A DNA stretch of 64,000 nucleotides, from assembly GCA_030141605.1 (NCBI GenBank), contig JAQGDQ010000059.1, forward strand, positions 496,001-560,000, in the 5' to 3' direction. This DNA comes from Tubiluchus corallicola (taxonomy: Eukaryota; Animalia; Priapulida). The notes beneath the pieces were generated by a model. That model had not been told where the DNA came from and did no database searches. It saw only the letters and a program-made list of their open reading frames with translations. This document shows, piece after piece, positions 29,290-43,559 of this stretch (positions within the stretch are counted from its first letter, which is position 1; the number at the start of each line of letters is the position of its first letter). A program made the translations under genes and the position numbers.

Positions 29290-30190
29290 CACTTACATAA
29301 ATAAATTAAGAATATCGCTTAAAAATTTTCCGCAGGTTAAAGGGTCGATATTACGAAACTCCAAAACATTACTTAAATTTAGATTGTATTTTTCTCTCAC
29401 GGCTTTTGTTAATTTACGAACAGCAACGGCGTGTTCTTCATCTTGCACTGCGTTACTGCAGGGACACAGCCTTAGGTTGTGTGGGGGTCTATGCCATCGT
29501 CCTGTCTCAACTTTCAGTCTGTGAGAAGACAGAACCAAACGACCAAGGTTAATTCTAAGGGCATCAGGAATAGTACATTTATAAATTTCAGGTTGTTCTG
29601 CGAAGGGATTTTTAAAACATTAAGTAAGTGGCGAATCTAGTCTTTGTCTGACTTTCTCTTGTAATGCATTCTAGGCTACTTCTTGACCAATGATCAAAAC
29701 AACGATTGAATGCTCTAAAATTCGAGGAATTACTCATCGCGGCTCCATGAACGCAGCTTTTCGTTCATGTAGTTAGCTCTTCTCTTAAGAATTCTGTCTT
29801 TTAACCTTGGCATGTCAGCTTCAGCATAACATAATTCATTGGGTGTTTGTAATTTCACCACAAGTAAAGTTTTCACAACCTTATTGTACAATACTTCTAA
29901 ACCTTTAAATTCACTCGTTAACCATGTTTCAACTCTATATAACAAGGCACTTGTTACGCAAGCCTCTGCAACTTTGTTTTTTAACAAAAATGGCATGTTA
30001 TAATTACGATCGACAAAAGACCCGTATTTTAGCATATGTTTGAATTTGCCGTTAACATGAATTTTCATAACGGAAGACATTTTACCGTCGTCTGTGATAG
30101 GCGACCCAACTTACCAGTAAGATTGTGTATAATGATAAACCTGCAAATTGCCACACCCAAAACTAGTTCTATCTTCATGCGCACCGTTTA
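29290..30190 (-). mobile_element. Decayed 3' part of LINE ORF2 (L2/Crack/Daphne-like group)
   Basis: ORF 29730..30080 has SALLYRVETW...VKTLLVVKLQTPNELCYAE. ORF 29293..29538 has LSSHRLKVETGRW...RLCPC...VQDEEH, the characteristic post-RT and C-terminal Cys/His motifs. Confidence 0.85.
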
Positions 30191-32247
30191 TAACACCCTA
30201 TAAAACATGTAAATTTGAACTCCCGCGATGACCGTTAGGCGCAGCCATTTTAATGATAGTTCGTTTGAAACATGTTTTGATAACATTAAGTAAAGTTTGA
30301 AAAAATAATCAGAGCATTCGTAGCATACATGTTGTTAATTAAGTAAAATTTTAAATTACTGTATCTTGTTAATAAGATTAAAAATACGTTTTTGGCTAAT
30401 GGGTGGCGCACCCTGGAAGGTGAATCGGCGACATTTTACCAATTGGCACAAACATTTTAAATTATTGGTCTAGTTACATAAGTCTTTCCAGCAGGTAAGT
30501 GAAATGCTAAGTAATATAGATTTGCACGGAAAGTTTTTTGGGTCATAATTTAACATTGCCTTTTCTTCCCCTGATTTACATGGCATAGTGACGTCATGTA
30601 ATGGCGCCGTCGGAACAGTATTGCGGGAAATTTAAAATGAAAACAAACGAAAATTCCTTTCAACGCGAATGCGATATGTGCATAAAATTGCTGTAAAGTA
30701 GTATAATTTTTAAGGCGATTTTTCTGAAACCTACTTCAGGTACCCATTTTCTTGTCCTTTAAAAAACGAAACTTTATTGATTTGTCATTGTGTTCAGTAA
30801 CGACAACTGAATAATAGTCACCTCTCTGTCCTGATCTAATGTTATAGTTATAACGTATTCGCAAAATATCAGAATGAGCATCCGCTTCACTGAAGACAAT
30901 TTTTGCGTAAGAATACAGACGTGAAGTTTACGTCTAACAACTGAAGGCAATTCAATTTAAGACTTCCAGAAATGTCACATACAATACAATTAAACACATT
31001 CTAGCAGCATTTGTAACGCTCTTGTAACCTTGCTAAATGAATTCTTCCAGCATTACCAGCATAACCGAAATGAGATCATTGCAAACGGAAACGGCAGTTT
31101 CTCGAGTTAAACACAATCTAATCCTGTTGAAAGAAAGCCAGTTTACACGTAGTTTTTATTATATGTTTATTGTTCAATATGATCACCGAAATTTAGATTG
31201 TAAGCTAGTTGCATTCCCAGATATTTTATTTTTGACTTGCTCAAAGAACGCATTGTTGCAGCTTACAAGTAGGTTTATGAGCTCTGAAGTAGCTAATTTT
31301 ATCGAAGTCCAAATAACATTAATTTCGTTTTTCTCAGAGATAACACACTGACAGTAAGCCATTGGGATGGTGGAACGTTCAGAATCCAAAAATTATTTAC
31401 TTCACGCTATGAATTACTGTTAAAAAATAAAAATGTATCATCAGTATACATAAAACACTTTATTCTGGAACATATATGTGGTAATTCCTCATTGTATATA
31501 TAATTGGTATAACGTACAAATCATAACCACAAGCGTCAGTATAACGCTAATATCAGAATACACTATATAATGCAGAAAGTTAATAAAGACAGACAACTTT
31601 CTAACACACCGCAAGATTTTTCAGAAGCATAAACAATACGTACTAAAGCGTAAATTATTAATGGTGCAGTAGCCTACGTAGCATTTTTTTGTCCAGTGGG
31701 AAATGCTCCTGTTCATTTTAATACTATATATTCTTTTAAAGTTTAGGATGTGCAAATTGGAAAAACAGTGTTACTTTTTAAGCAAATATAAGTTCAAAAT
31801 TCAAGATAGTGTCCAAGATGGCTGATAATGATGGTGAAAAAGCGCCGAAATCTGCTTTTGCGACACTTTCTACAGTTACATTTAAAAAAATTCGATACGC
31901 CAAAGCTTTGAAAGCAATAGCCCTTAACCTAATTCTAGTAAAATTTTATGTAAGTCTACCTTGACAGTGACAGAATAAAAATCGCTTCTAAATAATATAA
32001 TCATCTTAAAAACAGAATCTTGCTCAGTTTTTCTTTTGTTTATAGCTGACAGAAATATTGAAATATAAAAGCAACGCCTTGCAAGACTTTACGAAACATA
32101 TTTAGACCATTTAAATTGTCTAAATCTAATGGCTACATAAAACAAATAATGCAAACTAAGACAGACATATATCAAGAGCAAGACTGACATAATAGAGTCA
32201 ATGACCTAGCATCATCTTAAGGGCATAATTACCATTACTTAAACATT

Positions 32248-32421
32248 GGCTTCACGCGTGGATAAAAAATCTGTAAGTCTGCCTAACAGATGGCAATAGT
32301 AACTAAATCTCTCATGATTAATGTTCTGTGGCTTCCCCTCATAGGCTTCACATTTGGATAAAAACCTGTAAATGTTTCCAACAGGTGGCTCTCGTAACTA
32401 AATCACTAGCGATGAATGTTT
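32248..32421. repeat. Two diverged tandem copies of a ~96-bp unit
   Basis: GGCTTCAC...TGGATAAAAA.CTGTAA...AACAG.TGGC...GTAACTAAATC...AATGTT at 32248 and 32344. Confidence 0.8.
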
Positions 32422-34267
32422 GCATTAGTGCTCAATTTCAACAACCCAGGAAAATGAGTGAACATTTAGGATTCTCTTCAGGGCCTGTCTCTTAACAATA
32501 TTATTTTTGAAGTAAAAAAAGAAAAATCGAGCCTCAAAATCTATCCTGTTAACAAGTTTCCTGCGCCAACATTTTCAATTTAGATTTCGCGTGACAATTT
32601 TTGAAAATGAAAATTGCCAAAAAGAGGCATTTTATAATACAAAATGCTAAATTTTGATTTTCATAAAGTTCTTTAGGCGAAACGGCATAAGTAAGGGAAA
32701 TGCATGGGTTTCTGAAGCAGCAACCTAAGACCTAGTTTCTCGGAATTGCAGCATAAACATCTATACAGTGTTCACAAAACGGTTTCAATTCAGACATATT
32801 CTAATCTGACCTAATTAAAGCTATAGCTAAAAGTCATTGTAACCACCCAAAATGCTACCAAAATTGATAAAAAATTGAATTTTTTTCATTTCCACGTTAC
32901 AAAATACATATTAAAAGTAATTAATACTAAAAATTTAAAACTATGTGTTTAAGATAAAATATATATGTACATAATAAGATCTAAATATATGTACAGAATG
33001 TTACATATACGGTGGAAAAGGACTCTTTGAAGTCAAAATATGTCCGATTTTTCCTCTGTTGGTTATTTATTTTAGTTTAAATAACAATAGCTAGGTAAGT
33101 AGTTAGTAGTAAGTAGTTAAGTATCTAGTTAACTAGTAAAAGTTAACACATAAAAAGAGTAGATGTTTGCAAAATATCAATAAGAACATAAAAAATTAAT
33201 TTCAGCACAAAAAGTTATAATTATACCATACAAATACAAATGTATAGGTATCATACGCCGAAGTTATGTGTAGATGCAGCAGCTTGATATTTAATGGAGT
33301 GTTTCATTACAGGAGTAATTCATTGTATTTAGGAGTGTGAATTTTTTATGTTGTCTGGTTGCATAAAAATGTACGAGATTATTAAAGATAAATATAGATT
33401 TGAATACATCGGCTAACAAATTATTAACGTATCTATTTGCAAAACAACTAATTTTCTTGTCAATGAAGTTCCTATCAATACATGTACTTATTTTGCGGTC
33501 AGGTCTAACATTCTTACTTTTTGTAGGAAAAATTATACAATTAGTTGTTTTAATATTTAAACTTAATTTGTTGGCCTTGAACTATATACCGTGAGGTCTG
33601 TAAAATCTATGAAGATTGTCAAAAACAGCAATTTGAACTTTCCGCAAATTACTTAGGGTCATTTTTTCCAAAAAAAGTATTTGCTGATAATGTGAAACTT
33701 GTTCGCTGTTCATCGCGAATTGAGCAGCAGAGTGATTACTATGTCTGCTTAGTAACCGAAGTTAAGCTACGTTAAGCCTGGTAAGTCAGTCACTGGATAA
33801 GTGATGGCTTTATACCTTGCAACCAAAACATTGCCGCACCTAGTGTCAGAGGCACATCAGAGATTAGCCAGTTTCCACACGATCCTCTACAGCGAGTAGC
33901 CTCTGCCGTCGAGTACTCGATTTCAGCGTGCAGAATGTTAAATTGTGTTAAATAACATTCAGGCCACAATTTGGAAAAGTACAAATCATTCCTATTTGGA
34001 TGCATCTAACGCCGGCTGGGCTAAAAAAAGTCGATTTTTTACACAAGTCGATCGCTGGACGCTTAGAATAGGGGGGCTGCAAAAGAAAGGCGGGAAATCG
34101 GAAATATGAATGCATGTACTGAAAATAGAAATCTTGTAACTAATATGCTAATGACATGAGGCACACGTTAACATTTTATTGATGTAATGAGGCTTTTGGT
34201 AACAGGGAAATAATCTTCTGGCAAAAAATTCCACCTGTAAGAGGCCAGAAAGAAATAACACAATTTT

Positions 34268-34750
34268 TTGCTCCGCTCACAATATTCTCTCAAAATACCC
34301 CTAGCACGGTTACTTCCAGAATTCCCTGATTTGCGTGATTTACACAGCAATAGAATTAGCACTATGCCATTTGAATGTACATCAACTACATCCGTGCTCA
34401 ATAAACTGCTGAAGAAACTATTCATATTCGAGCTGACAGTCCCTTTCGACCTGAACATTGGAAAAGCACACCAGGTTAAAGAGAATAAATATGTAAGCTT
34501 GGTGGGAGACATTGAAGAAAACGGTTTTGAAGTACAATATTCTGCAATCGAGATTGGGAGTCGCGGATTCATTTCGAAAACCAATGAAAAGAAATTAAAC
34601 GTTTCAATAAACTTCTATTATCACAGCCGAACCACACGAAGTTTAAAGATTTTAACAAGAAAACTACAAAATTAGCTATCGTGTCATCTTTTATTATTTT
34701 TAAATAAAAAAAACGAACCTGCGTGGGTAGATCCAACCTTTTTAGTTCCG
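34268..34750 (+). mobile_element. Restriction-like endonuclease (RLE) end of an R2/NeSL/HERO-type non-LTR retrotransposon, truncated
   Basis: IFELTVPFDLNIGKAHQVKENKYVSLVGDIEENGFEVQYSAIEIGSRGFI matches the ELTVPxE...AHxxKxxKY...ExGxRG RLE signature. The RT domain is not visible. Confidence 0.85.
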
Positions 34751-35957
34751 TAAATGTTTTTAGCACTGTTTCTCAATTTAAGTTTTATTAAATTAATTCT
34801 AGCAATAATTTTAGACAATATACAACTTTTTACAATATTGAAATCAACAATGTATTGAATTATTTTATCATGAAATTTGAATTCAATTCTGGGCCCTTTA
34901 ATCTGTAGTACACCAGCCTTTAGGACTACTATACATCTTCTGTGTATGTTTATACAGTGCTTGTCAGATTATATTTATCACAAATTTTATACTACCGTTG
35001 TGCTGTTGTAAAAGCTGAAAAGCATGTGGGCAGACTGTAGGTACTACAAAATGTGTCTGCATATGTTTAAAAGAAAAAAAAATTGGACAATTAAAGTAGT
35101 CTAGCTTAAGTTCTATATAGCTCTGCATTGCAGAAGAGAAGGATATACATGGTGTATTACTATACTTTTAATAATAGTTGTTATTCGTCATTGATTAAGC
35201 ATATAATATTATATACGGGAACAGAATGACTGAAATGATCCACAACCCAGAGGCTGCTGTTTTATTTTCAGTTCTGGGAAGAACTCGGCCAGTGTCAGCT
35301 AACTATTTCTACTTCAGTGTCTCTACTTCTGATGAAATTCTTGTGTGAAACTTTAACAAAAAAAAATTGACACACCTTCTGTAGCAAGCAATTAAATAAC
35401 AGTATTAGCTAAAAACAAGCGCGTGCAATTGTTGCAGTAAAGTATGTCGCTAATTCAATTTTTAAATACAATACTCTCTGGGCCTTAAATTGCTTCTCCT
35501 TTTTGCTAACTTTTGTACTTATAGTTTTCTTTCAGCCATCGGCAGAAAACGGTGTAATGAGTTTATTAGTGCAATCGATTACTTATAATAATATTCACCC
35601 GATAATGATGAATCTGTGCTTGAGGTCGTAATTAAATGTTGTAAACAGTGCTCAGCTTCTAGAACGATGTGAATACCTTACCATGAATACCTGCGGAAAA
35701 ATAAGTTCGCCATTCTCGCGGACGCAGTCGTCAGAAGCCAGGAGAATCACATAAATTTTGTAGGAAAAGACAACAGAACTACTGTTTCCTTGCAATGTAC
35801 TCAGGAAATATTAATGAGAAACTGTTAAATTTTACATTAGAAATTACATCAAAAACATGTGGATTGGACTTGGGTTGATCCAACCTCTGTATGGAACAGC
35901 CCCATCGCGCAATAATTATTGCTTCTGAGTTTGCAGCTTCAGTAAGCTTAGCGTACA

Positions 35958-37873
35958 TTGATTTCCAAGATACTCTGGTGACGACAGCAAGAGACAAGAT
36001 TATAAATTGCTCATCATAGTGCTGCCATTGGTTCCATAATCCGAACTTTTTCTTCAAAGATGACCGACTATGTAAGTATGACACATTTATATTAGCTATA
36101 TTTTTACTCCAACCTAAAATGTGCTGATTTTATAAAAAGTAATGGTTGCTAAAATTTTATGAAAAAAAGCACAGCGATGTATTTTTCTCCCATAATATCA
36201 AATACATTTGGAACTAATTAAACAATTAGTGATTTTAAAATGATTTATTTAAAAGTAGTCCCATCGATACTAAGAAAACATATTTGAAAAATCGCACAGA
36301 AGTAAACAAATTCTATATCAAAATGTTTATAGTTCTGCCTGAGTTCTACATTACAAATAGTTATCATAAAACTAGTTAATAATTATCTGTCATCTACAGC
36401 AATTATATATCATTTAGTTAGTCATAACATTTTCTCAAATTTCAAAAACTTAAAATTTCCTCATTTTTCCATTTAGTAGCTATCATAATAGTCTAATTAT
36501 TGCTACAGATAATTTGCACCAAACTTTGCCATTGCTCACATTAGCTGCGACTGGAACCAGTTTTAGTTTTTTTATTGAAACCACCCAGCAGGTCTAATAA
36601 AATGCTGGGCCAAAATCAGAGGAAGACTGTCATTGAGGAAGACACTCAATAAAAAAAACAAAATTCCAAGTAATCAGATTTGAAAATGTAATAATCTGTA
36701 TATGTTTAATTCAGTCACTGCAATTTTTAGCGGGATATTCCAGATCCAAACCGAACGTTCAAAGCTAGTGCTACTGGAAGCAAACTAAATTTTTCCGACA
36801 GCTGATTAAAACAGCATCGACACTGACTGAAACAAAGAAAATAAACATAAGACAGAGTACGCTGAAAAAAATTGTGGCGTTTTTCAACACTGTCGATGAC
36901 ATAGCACGATTGATTTTCTAGATACTCAGATGACGACAGCAAGAGACAAGATGATAAATTGCTCATCATAGTGCTGCCATTGGTTCCATAATCCGAACTT
37001 TTTCTTCAAAGATGACCGACTGTGTGAGTATGGCGCATTTATATTAGCTATATTTTTTACCCCAACTTAAAATGTGCTAATTTTAAAAAAATAACGGTAG
37101 CTAAAATTTTATGAAAAAAAATCACAGCGACGCATATTTCTCCCACAATATGAAATACATTTTGAACTAATTAACCAATTAGAGATTTTAAAATGATTTA
37201 TTTAAAATTTGTCTCAACGATACTAAGAAAGTAGATTGAAAAAATCGCACAAAGGTAAACAAATTCTTTATCAAAATGTTTATAGCTCTGCCCGAGTACT
37301 ACATTACAAATAGTTATAATAAAACTAGTCAATGATTATCTGTCAACTATAGCCAACGTAGTTGACTAAATAATAATGTGGTCATAACATTTTGTCAAAT
37401 TTCGAAAACTTCATATTTTCTAATTTTTCCATTTAGTAACTTCCGTAGTAGTCTAGTTGTTGCTATAGATAATTTGCACCCAACTTTGCCGTTGTTCACA
37501 TTAGCACCGACTGGAACGCGTTTGTAGATTTTTTATTAATTGAAATGGCCCAGTAAGTCTAATAAAATGCAGGAGGCAAAATCTTTGTTCGGTCAAAATC
37601 AGAGGAAGAAGCTCAATGGGAAAAAACAAAATTCCAAGTAATCAGATTTGAAAATGTAATAGTCCGTATGCTTAATTCAGTCACTGCAATTTTTCACAAA
37701 TATTCCAGATTCAAACCGAACGCTCAAAGCTAGTGCTACTGAAAGCAAACTAAATTTTTCAGACAGCTGATTAAAACAGCATCGACACTGACTGAAACAA
37801 AGAAAATAAACGTAAGATAGAGTACGCTGAAAAAAGTTGCGGCGTGTTTTAATACTGTCGATGGCATAGCACG
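35958..37873. repeat. Head-to-tail tandem duplication of a ~955-bp non-coding unit (35958-36909 and 36910-37873)
   Basis: Both units start TTGATTT..AGATACTC...GACGACAGCAAGAGACAAGAT and end ACTGTCGATG(A/G)CATAGCACGA. They are colinear with scattered substitutions and small indels. Confidence 0.95.
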
Positions 37874-38039
37874 AAACTATGTTTTCAAGTTATTGCATTT
37901 TTTCCATTTTTTATGTTACACGTATTTTGGAATTTTTTCAGCTCCTCATTTTAAAGATATTTTAAGTTTTTTCTATTGAACAGGCTTCAGCACATGTTTA
38001 TTACGCTTTTCCTTGAATATTTTTAATTGTACAGATTTC

Positions 38040-38192
38040 GTTCATTCATTCATTCATTCATTCATTCATTCATTCATTCATTCATTCATTCATTCATTCA
38101 TTCATTCATTCATTCATTCATTCATTCATTCACTCATTCATTCACTCACTCGTTTCATTCATTCACTCATGAATTCACTCACTCACTCATTC
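38040..38192. repeat. (TTCA)n tetranucleotide microsatellite
   Basis: Direct reading. Source of the FIHS-repeat ORFs. Confidence 0.97.
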
Positions 38193-39935
38193 GTTCGGTT
38201 GTTAATTTTTTTCATTTTTAAGGCAGATGAATATAGAACTCAGTTTGTTTACAATGTTTTGAATTGGACCATGCGAAAAGCTCTCTTGAGTGAATTGAAT
38301 TATTTATTGAAAAATTTCCTCCTTTTTAAGTTTGCATTGCCAGTTTTTCAAACAGCAGTCACGGTTTGCAGCCATTTTTCTCGCACGGATCACCTTCAAA
38401 AATGTCTTCAGCTCATCATAAAACATGAATTAAGTTTATAAATTATTATAACAAACAGCGATCGGTTTCAGCAATAGCTATTTTTAACATTACACAAACA
38501 TAATTTCGTAATCAACGTAATAAGGCAACTTAAGCAATTAACATTCGTCTTCCGTCCATTTAAATGATATCGCAGAGACGATAGAGCGTGTGCAAGCTAA
38601 ACTTTGCGAATGTACACCAGGTGAAGAGCGTTTGTTAGTGACCGTTAGTTAGTGATCTTTACCTTCGGGCCGTGACGTTGAAATTTTTTCGTTTTACATT
38701 TTCTCACAGGTCTGTCAAATTTATGCAATACTGTTTGGTAATCGTAGGGTTCAGTACTTCACACTATGTCAACGTTAAGCAGGAATCAAGTCGACGGTGA
38801 TTCGAAGTTATCAGGTCAAAAACCACAAAATGGACACGTGCGCGTACTTTGGGAAAGGTGGATAGTCGGGTGGTCACGATAAGTGAATTGCAATCATTAG
38901 GCAACGCAGAGGCTGATCAGTAATCACCGGAGTTAAGTACTGGTATTTGTTCTGGGCGACAGTTTCGTTAAGGAAGGCTATATTCAGATTTGAACGTGCC
39001 TGAACATGTCTTATCCTAAAAATCTTAGAAAATTATCTTTAGTAATAAATCAGATTCTGTTGTTTTCAGTTTACAATGTTAATATATATAAACTGAAATA
39101 AAAAACAACGCAAGCTTGAAAGCTGAACTCCAAGGCATGTATTCCTCATGAAAATTCTTTGTGATGTGTTAGCAACATACATTACATATATATATTACAT
39201 TGATGTTTTTCAAATTGTGCAATGCGTTCAACTGGCAAGTTTAAATGAGCAGCAATAAACGCGGTTATGGTAAAACCGATATGCACACGAGCATCCAAAT
39301 GTGATATAAAAATGGCTTTTAAAAGAATGTAGGGGCAGAAATAGCGTCATGCCCACTTTTATTTTTCTAACCTTTTCATCAGACTTGTGCAAACAATTAA
39401 TCTACTTATTGGAACGGTACTGTGTTTTCCTTGGCGTATATTTAACACCATAATTGGATTTTTATTGATCCCCAAAAGAACGACGATAAAATCATGGCTG
39501 GTGTTGTCTGATCGCTGCAATGTTAACTCCTGTCCAGTTAAACAGCATTTTACTTAGCATACTAAATCTTCTTAACACAAACAACTAGTATAGGCCTATT
39601 CTTCAGAAAACCATTATTTGCTATTCCTGTCAAAATGTTTTATAAAAAAAATCTGTTAGAAGCGTTATAATAAGCAGGTTTCGGCTAGCTTCATATTAAA
39701 AACTAATAGACTGGATAAACCGATTAACTGACATAAATTTATAAAATGACAAACTTATAAAATGACATAACTGAGGTCATTCCAAATACTATAAATTCTG
39801 TTCGAAAAAGCATGTGTACAAGTTCAGCCTAGAAGAACTAATAAAAAGTTTATAATTATGTCCTCCCAAATGTGTGATGGAAACAAAAGTTAAGAAATCT
39901 TAAAATATAAATCTACTACCTTATTCACAATCTTA

Positions 39936-40369
39936 AGGCAGGCTTTGGTCGACTTTGCGTAGCAACGCAACTGAGAGCAACTGGCGGCATACGGTATGCC
40001 GTTAGTTCCGAGTATATCCAGTCAACATAAGCAAGCTTTAGACCCAACTCCTCAACGCAACTCAGTTCAAGCGAGTTGCTCTTGTTCTAGCCGCAGCGTA
40101 CGGTATCCACCCAGTCGCATTCGATCCCAGAAATCTGAGCATTGTTCGCCGGTGATTAAGGTTCGGTCAGAGATTTTTTATATGCGTACGCTCAATCATC
40201 GTCGACCTAAGTAGTGTTGCGACTCGCAGGAACCCGTATCGTCCTAGTTGCCTGCAGTTGCTGTAAATCAGTCGCAGTAGTAGTCGCAGTCGCATAGACA
40301 GTGTGTCTACGACGGTTTCCGTCAGTTGAAACGAGTTGCGTAGCGTCGCAAGTCGACCTAAATTTGTCT
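39936..40369. mobile_element. PIF/Harbinger-like MITE
   Basis: Left end AGGCAGGCTTTGGTCGACTTTGCGTAGCAACGCAACT versus reverse complement of the right end AGACAAATTTAGGTCGACTTGCGACGCTACGCAACT. TTA flanks both sides (39933-35, 40370-72). Confidence 0.75.
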
Positions 40370-40689
40370 TTATACGCCGTTTTAAATAAAAAATAATTGT
40401 CCCTACTATCTTGAAATTGTGACGTCACGCCCACCCAAAAATCCACTTACATACGTGAAATAGTTACAATTCTTTCGAAAAATTCTTACGATAAGCTTAG
40501 GAAAACGTCGGATGTTTTGATTCTAAATATGGTGTCATGTTGCTACTTCAGTCACTCGGAAAGGTGCTCCGGTATTACTGCGCGAAATTATTTAGAATCC
40601 GTTGAAATAACCAATTGTCGAATATGGCGTCATCCCCGCATTCTTTAGATTCAGACGTCGCGTAAAAATGAAATTTCTCAGTGTCGTTC

Positions 40690-41520
40690 AATCTTATCTT
40701 ATCCTGTCCTATTCTGTCTTGTTCTGTCCCGTCTTGTCCTGTCCTGTCCCGTTCTTTCCAGATTATTCCCATTCAGTCCCATCCCATTTCATCCCATCTC
40801 ACCTATACATGTTATTTTCCCATCACATTCTCTCCCACGCTACCGTATTTTATAACTTATAATTTAATGGGTACAACGTAACTGTATCGTTCTGTATTGA
40901 TTTGTGTTGTTCTACACAGTGCTGTGCAGCTATTTTGTTTTGTTATGTCCTGTCCGTTCCAGATTCGTCCCACTCAGTCCCACCCACTTCATTCCATCCT
41001 CTTCCACGTTACTTTATCCCGTCACCTCCTGTCCTATGCTGTGGTATTCTATCATTTATAATTGATTTGTTATATAACGCCCTGCTAACTTCTGCTCCAT
41101 ACTGTGCTGTGCAGCTACACTCTCCTGTCGTGCACTGCCTTGTCGTGTCCTGTTCCTATCCTACCCTGTCCTGTTTTGTTCTCTTCTGCACCAGTCTGTC
41201 CTATCTGATATTGTTCTGTCCTGTTCTGTCTTATCCTATCCTGTTATATCACATTGTATATCAACCAGACCCGTCATCTTTCTTTTTTCTACCATTCTTC
41301 TTGAACCTTCTTTCTTATTTTTCCTTTTCGTTCTTTGCTTATTCTTTTCTATATTCTTTTTTCCTTTCATTTTTTTATTATTTCAGCTTTCTTTTCGTAT
41401 TTTTATATTTTATTTTTAGCCTTTCCTTTTGTTCGTTTTTCCTATTATTTCTTTTTTTCGTTCAGGTTTTTTCTTTATCCTTTCGTTATCCTTTCTTTCT
41501 TTTCATCATTTATTTTTACG
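40690..41520. repeat. Pyrimidine-rich degenerate pentamer (TCCTG/TCCTA/TTCTG) and T-rich low-complexity tract
   Basis: Direct reading. It explains the Cys/Phe/Leu-rich pseudo-ORFs. Confidence 0.85.
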
Positions 41521-42259
41521 AAAGCGAATAAAGGAAAAATAATAACGGAAAATGAAGTTAAGAAACACTTAATGCAGCCACAGATGTGAAATTTTGTGGC
41601 CTGACTATTGTACAATTTTAAAACTACAATTGCTATATACTGCGGAAAAAACAAAGCAATGATTCTAACGACATAAAGAGCGGAACGCATAGCTGTAATT
41701 TCCATTTCTAACCACCCATCAAATTATTATTGCGGTGATACACCATTAGAGGAAATAGATGCGATAAGCAGCTGAAAGGTAAACCTGTCTACTGATGTGC
41801 TAACGAATCGAGGTATTCGTGCTCTGTTTCCTGCTTCAGACGTGCTTCCGTCCACGGAAGATGCTGCGGCTCTCCATACATCATCCTAATTGTTCTGATA
41901 ATAATAATAATGAAGGAGCAACGGATTTTGAATCGCAGATCTGTACTGGTGAAAAGTAGGATTATCAATACGAGTTGTCAGTTGTGTTTTCCTATTTTAT
42001 GCGTATCATTGCAAAAATACTTATGACCGTGGGATCTGGAAGTTGTGCGGTCAAGATTCAGTCGAACGAGCGTCAGGATTCTGTTATTCTTCGCAAACTT
42101 TTCGTTTAATAACTCGTTAAGGTAGCAAACTAATGTTCATTTTGTTATTTTCAACGAGTTTTGATCCCCTAGCTTTTAAAAAGTTATTTCACCTACAACT
42201 ACAATATAGTAAGTTTTTTAAACGTTTTAATATGAACGTTTCAATAGTTTAGCAATCAT

Positions 42260-42641
42260 GCAAACACACGAAAGCAGTACCAAATTAGAAACTTTGAGAA
42301 AGTTTTACATCTCCACTGGACTAGAACTCAGGTCTTCTGCTATCCGGGCAGTTATTTTAACCTTGGTAAAAATTTATTTCTAAATTTATTTCTAAAAGTG
42401 AGGAATTTACATCATGTTTATATACATAGTACAAAAAAAAACAAATAAAAAGTAAACAACTAATGAACTTTCAAATTTAAGTAGCAGATGAAATTTTACC
42501 TTTACTATAGTTTAGTGAAGGTATACATATACGCTTTGGGTGAAATCACAGAAACGCAAGAAAGCAATACTAAATTAGTAAGTCTCCGCCTCGCTGGGAC
42601 TCGAACCCTATACTTTCAGGGCAGCTACGCTAACCATTACG
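42260..42641 (-). mobile_element. Two adjacent decayed tRNA-derived SINE heads
   Basis: The reverse complement of 42582-42641 reads CGTAATGGTTAGCGTAGCTGCCCTGAAAGTATAGGGTTCGAGTCCCAGCGAGGC (A box and B box GGTTCGAGTCC). A related worn copy lies at ~42312-42364. Both share the flank GAAAGCA(G/A)TAC(C/T)AAATTAG. Confidence 0.6.
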
Positions 42642-43559
42642 AAGAAAGATTTATAGCTGAGTGGTCACAAGGTGGAACTAGACTCAAAATTTATTCAACG
42701 TTAAGCAAACTTTAACTAGTAAAGGTATCTGAGACTGCCAGGAAGACTGATTCTAAGAGTTTTTTGCAACAGCAATACTGCCCCAGCTACTTCTTAGCGT
42801 TGCGTTCACACATTAGTGCCTCATCTTTGACGACTGTCAGGTTCTGGTTTTGCCACAAATACCGATATTAGTACGCCTGCATAGTGATGAAAAGCAACTT
42901 ATAACACGCTGATCTGCATATAAAATAATGCCGCAAGTCTTATGTGTATTGTTGAAGCTAGAATCGTTATTATTTTTATTTGTTGTCTTTGTTTTTTTGT
43001 GTGTGTTTTCGTTTTAGTTGATCAGTAAAACATTTTTTCGGGCTTTCCAAAACTCAAAATTCTCACAAAGATTAAATTCAACGAAATATTAAGAGACACA
43101 TCAGCTTGGGCTTCACAGGTACGGACATTAAATGATTACACTACTTAATTATCCTTGTGCCATGTGGGGCACAGCGGAGTCTAAGGCATCTTATATATTG
43201 TAATACTGACATTAATAAGGGACATATCCAAGCAGGAGCTCTTTATTATGACTAATAAGTGAGGCATGAACGCTGTTCTCTAGTCGATAAACTATGACAA
43301 AATTAGATCAATTTATAAAGGTAATCATGTCAGCGCGTTAATCTCAAGTGAACGGCTTAAGGTGGGGGGGATGTAGTGATAATATGGTGCGCCGTCATTT
43401 CGGCACAGCGCAGCCACAAAACATTTGGAGAGAAAGTGATTCGGACACATGGGTCATTTGGACACAAGTCGTTTGGCACAAGAACTGAACACTTCTAAGA
43501 GCAGGATTGCAGCCATTTCCGAAAAAGCTGCTGCTAGACCCAAAGAGAATGCAAGGTAA

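Noticed and set aside
40902-41531. 209-aa hydrophobic ORF resembling a membrane protein
   Set aside because: Pyrimidine-rich low-complexity DNA with a non-ATG start and no domain.
42582-42641. tRNA gene
   Set aside because: A and B boxes are present but the anticodon arm and acceptor stem are incomplete, and related worn copies lie nearby, so it is called SINE-derived.
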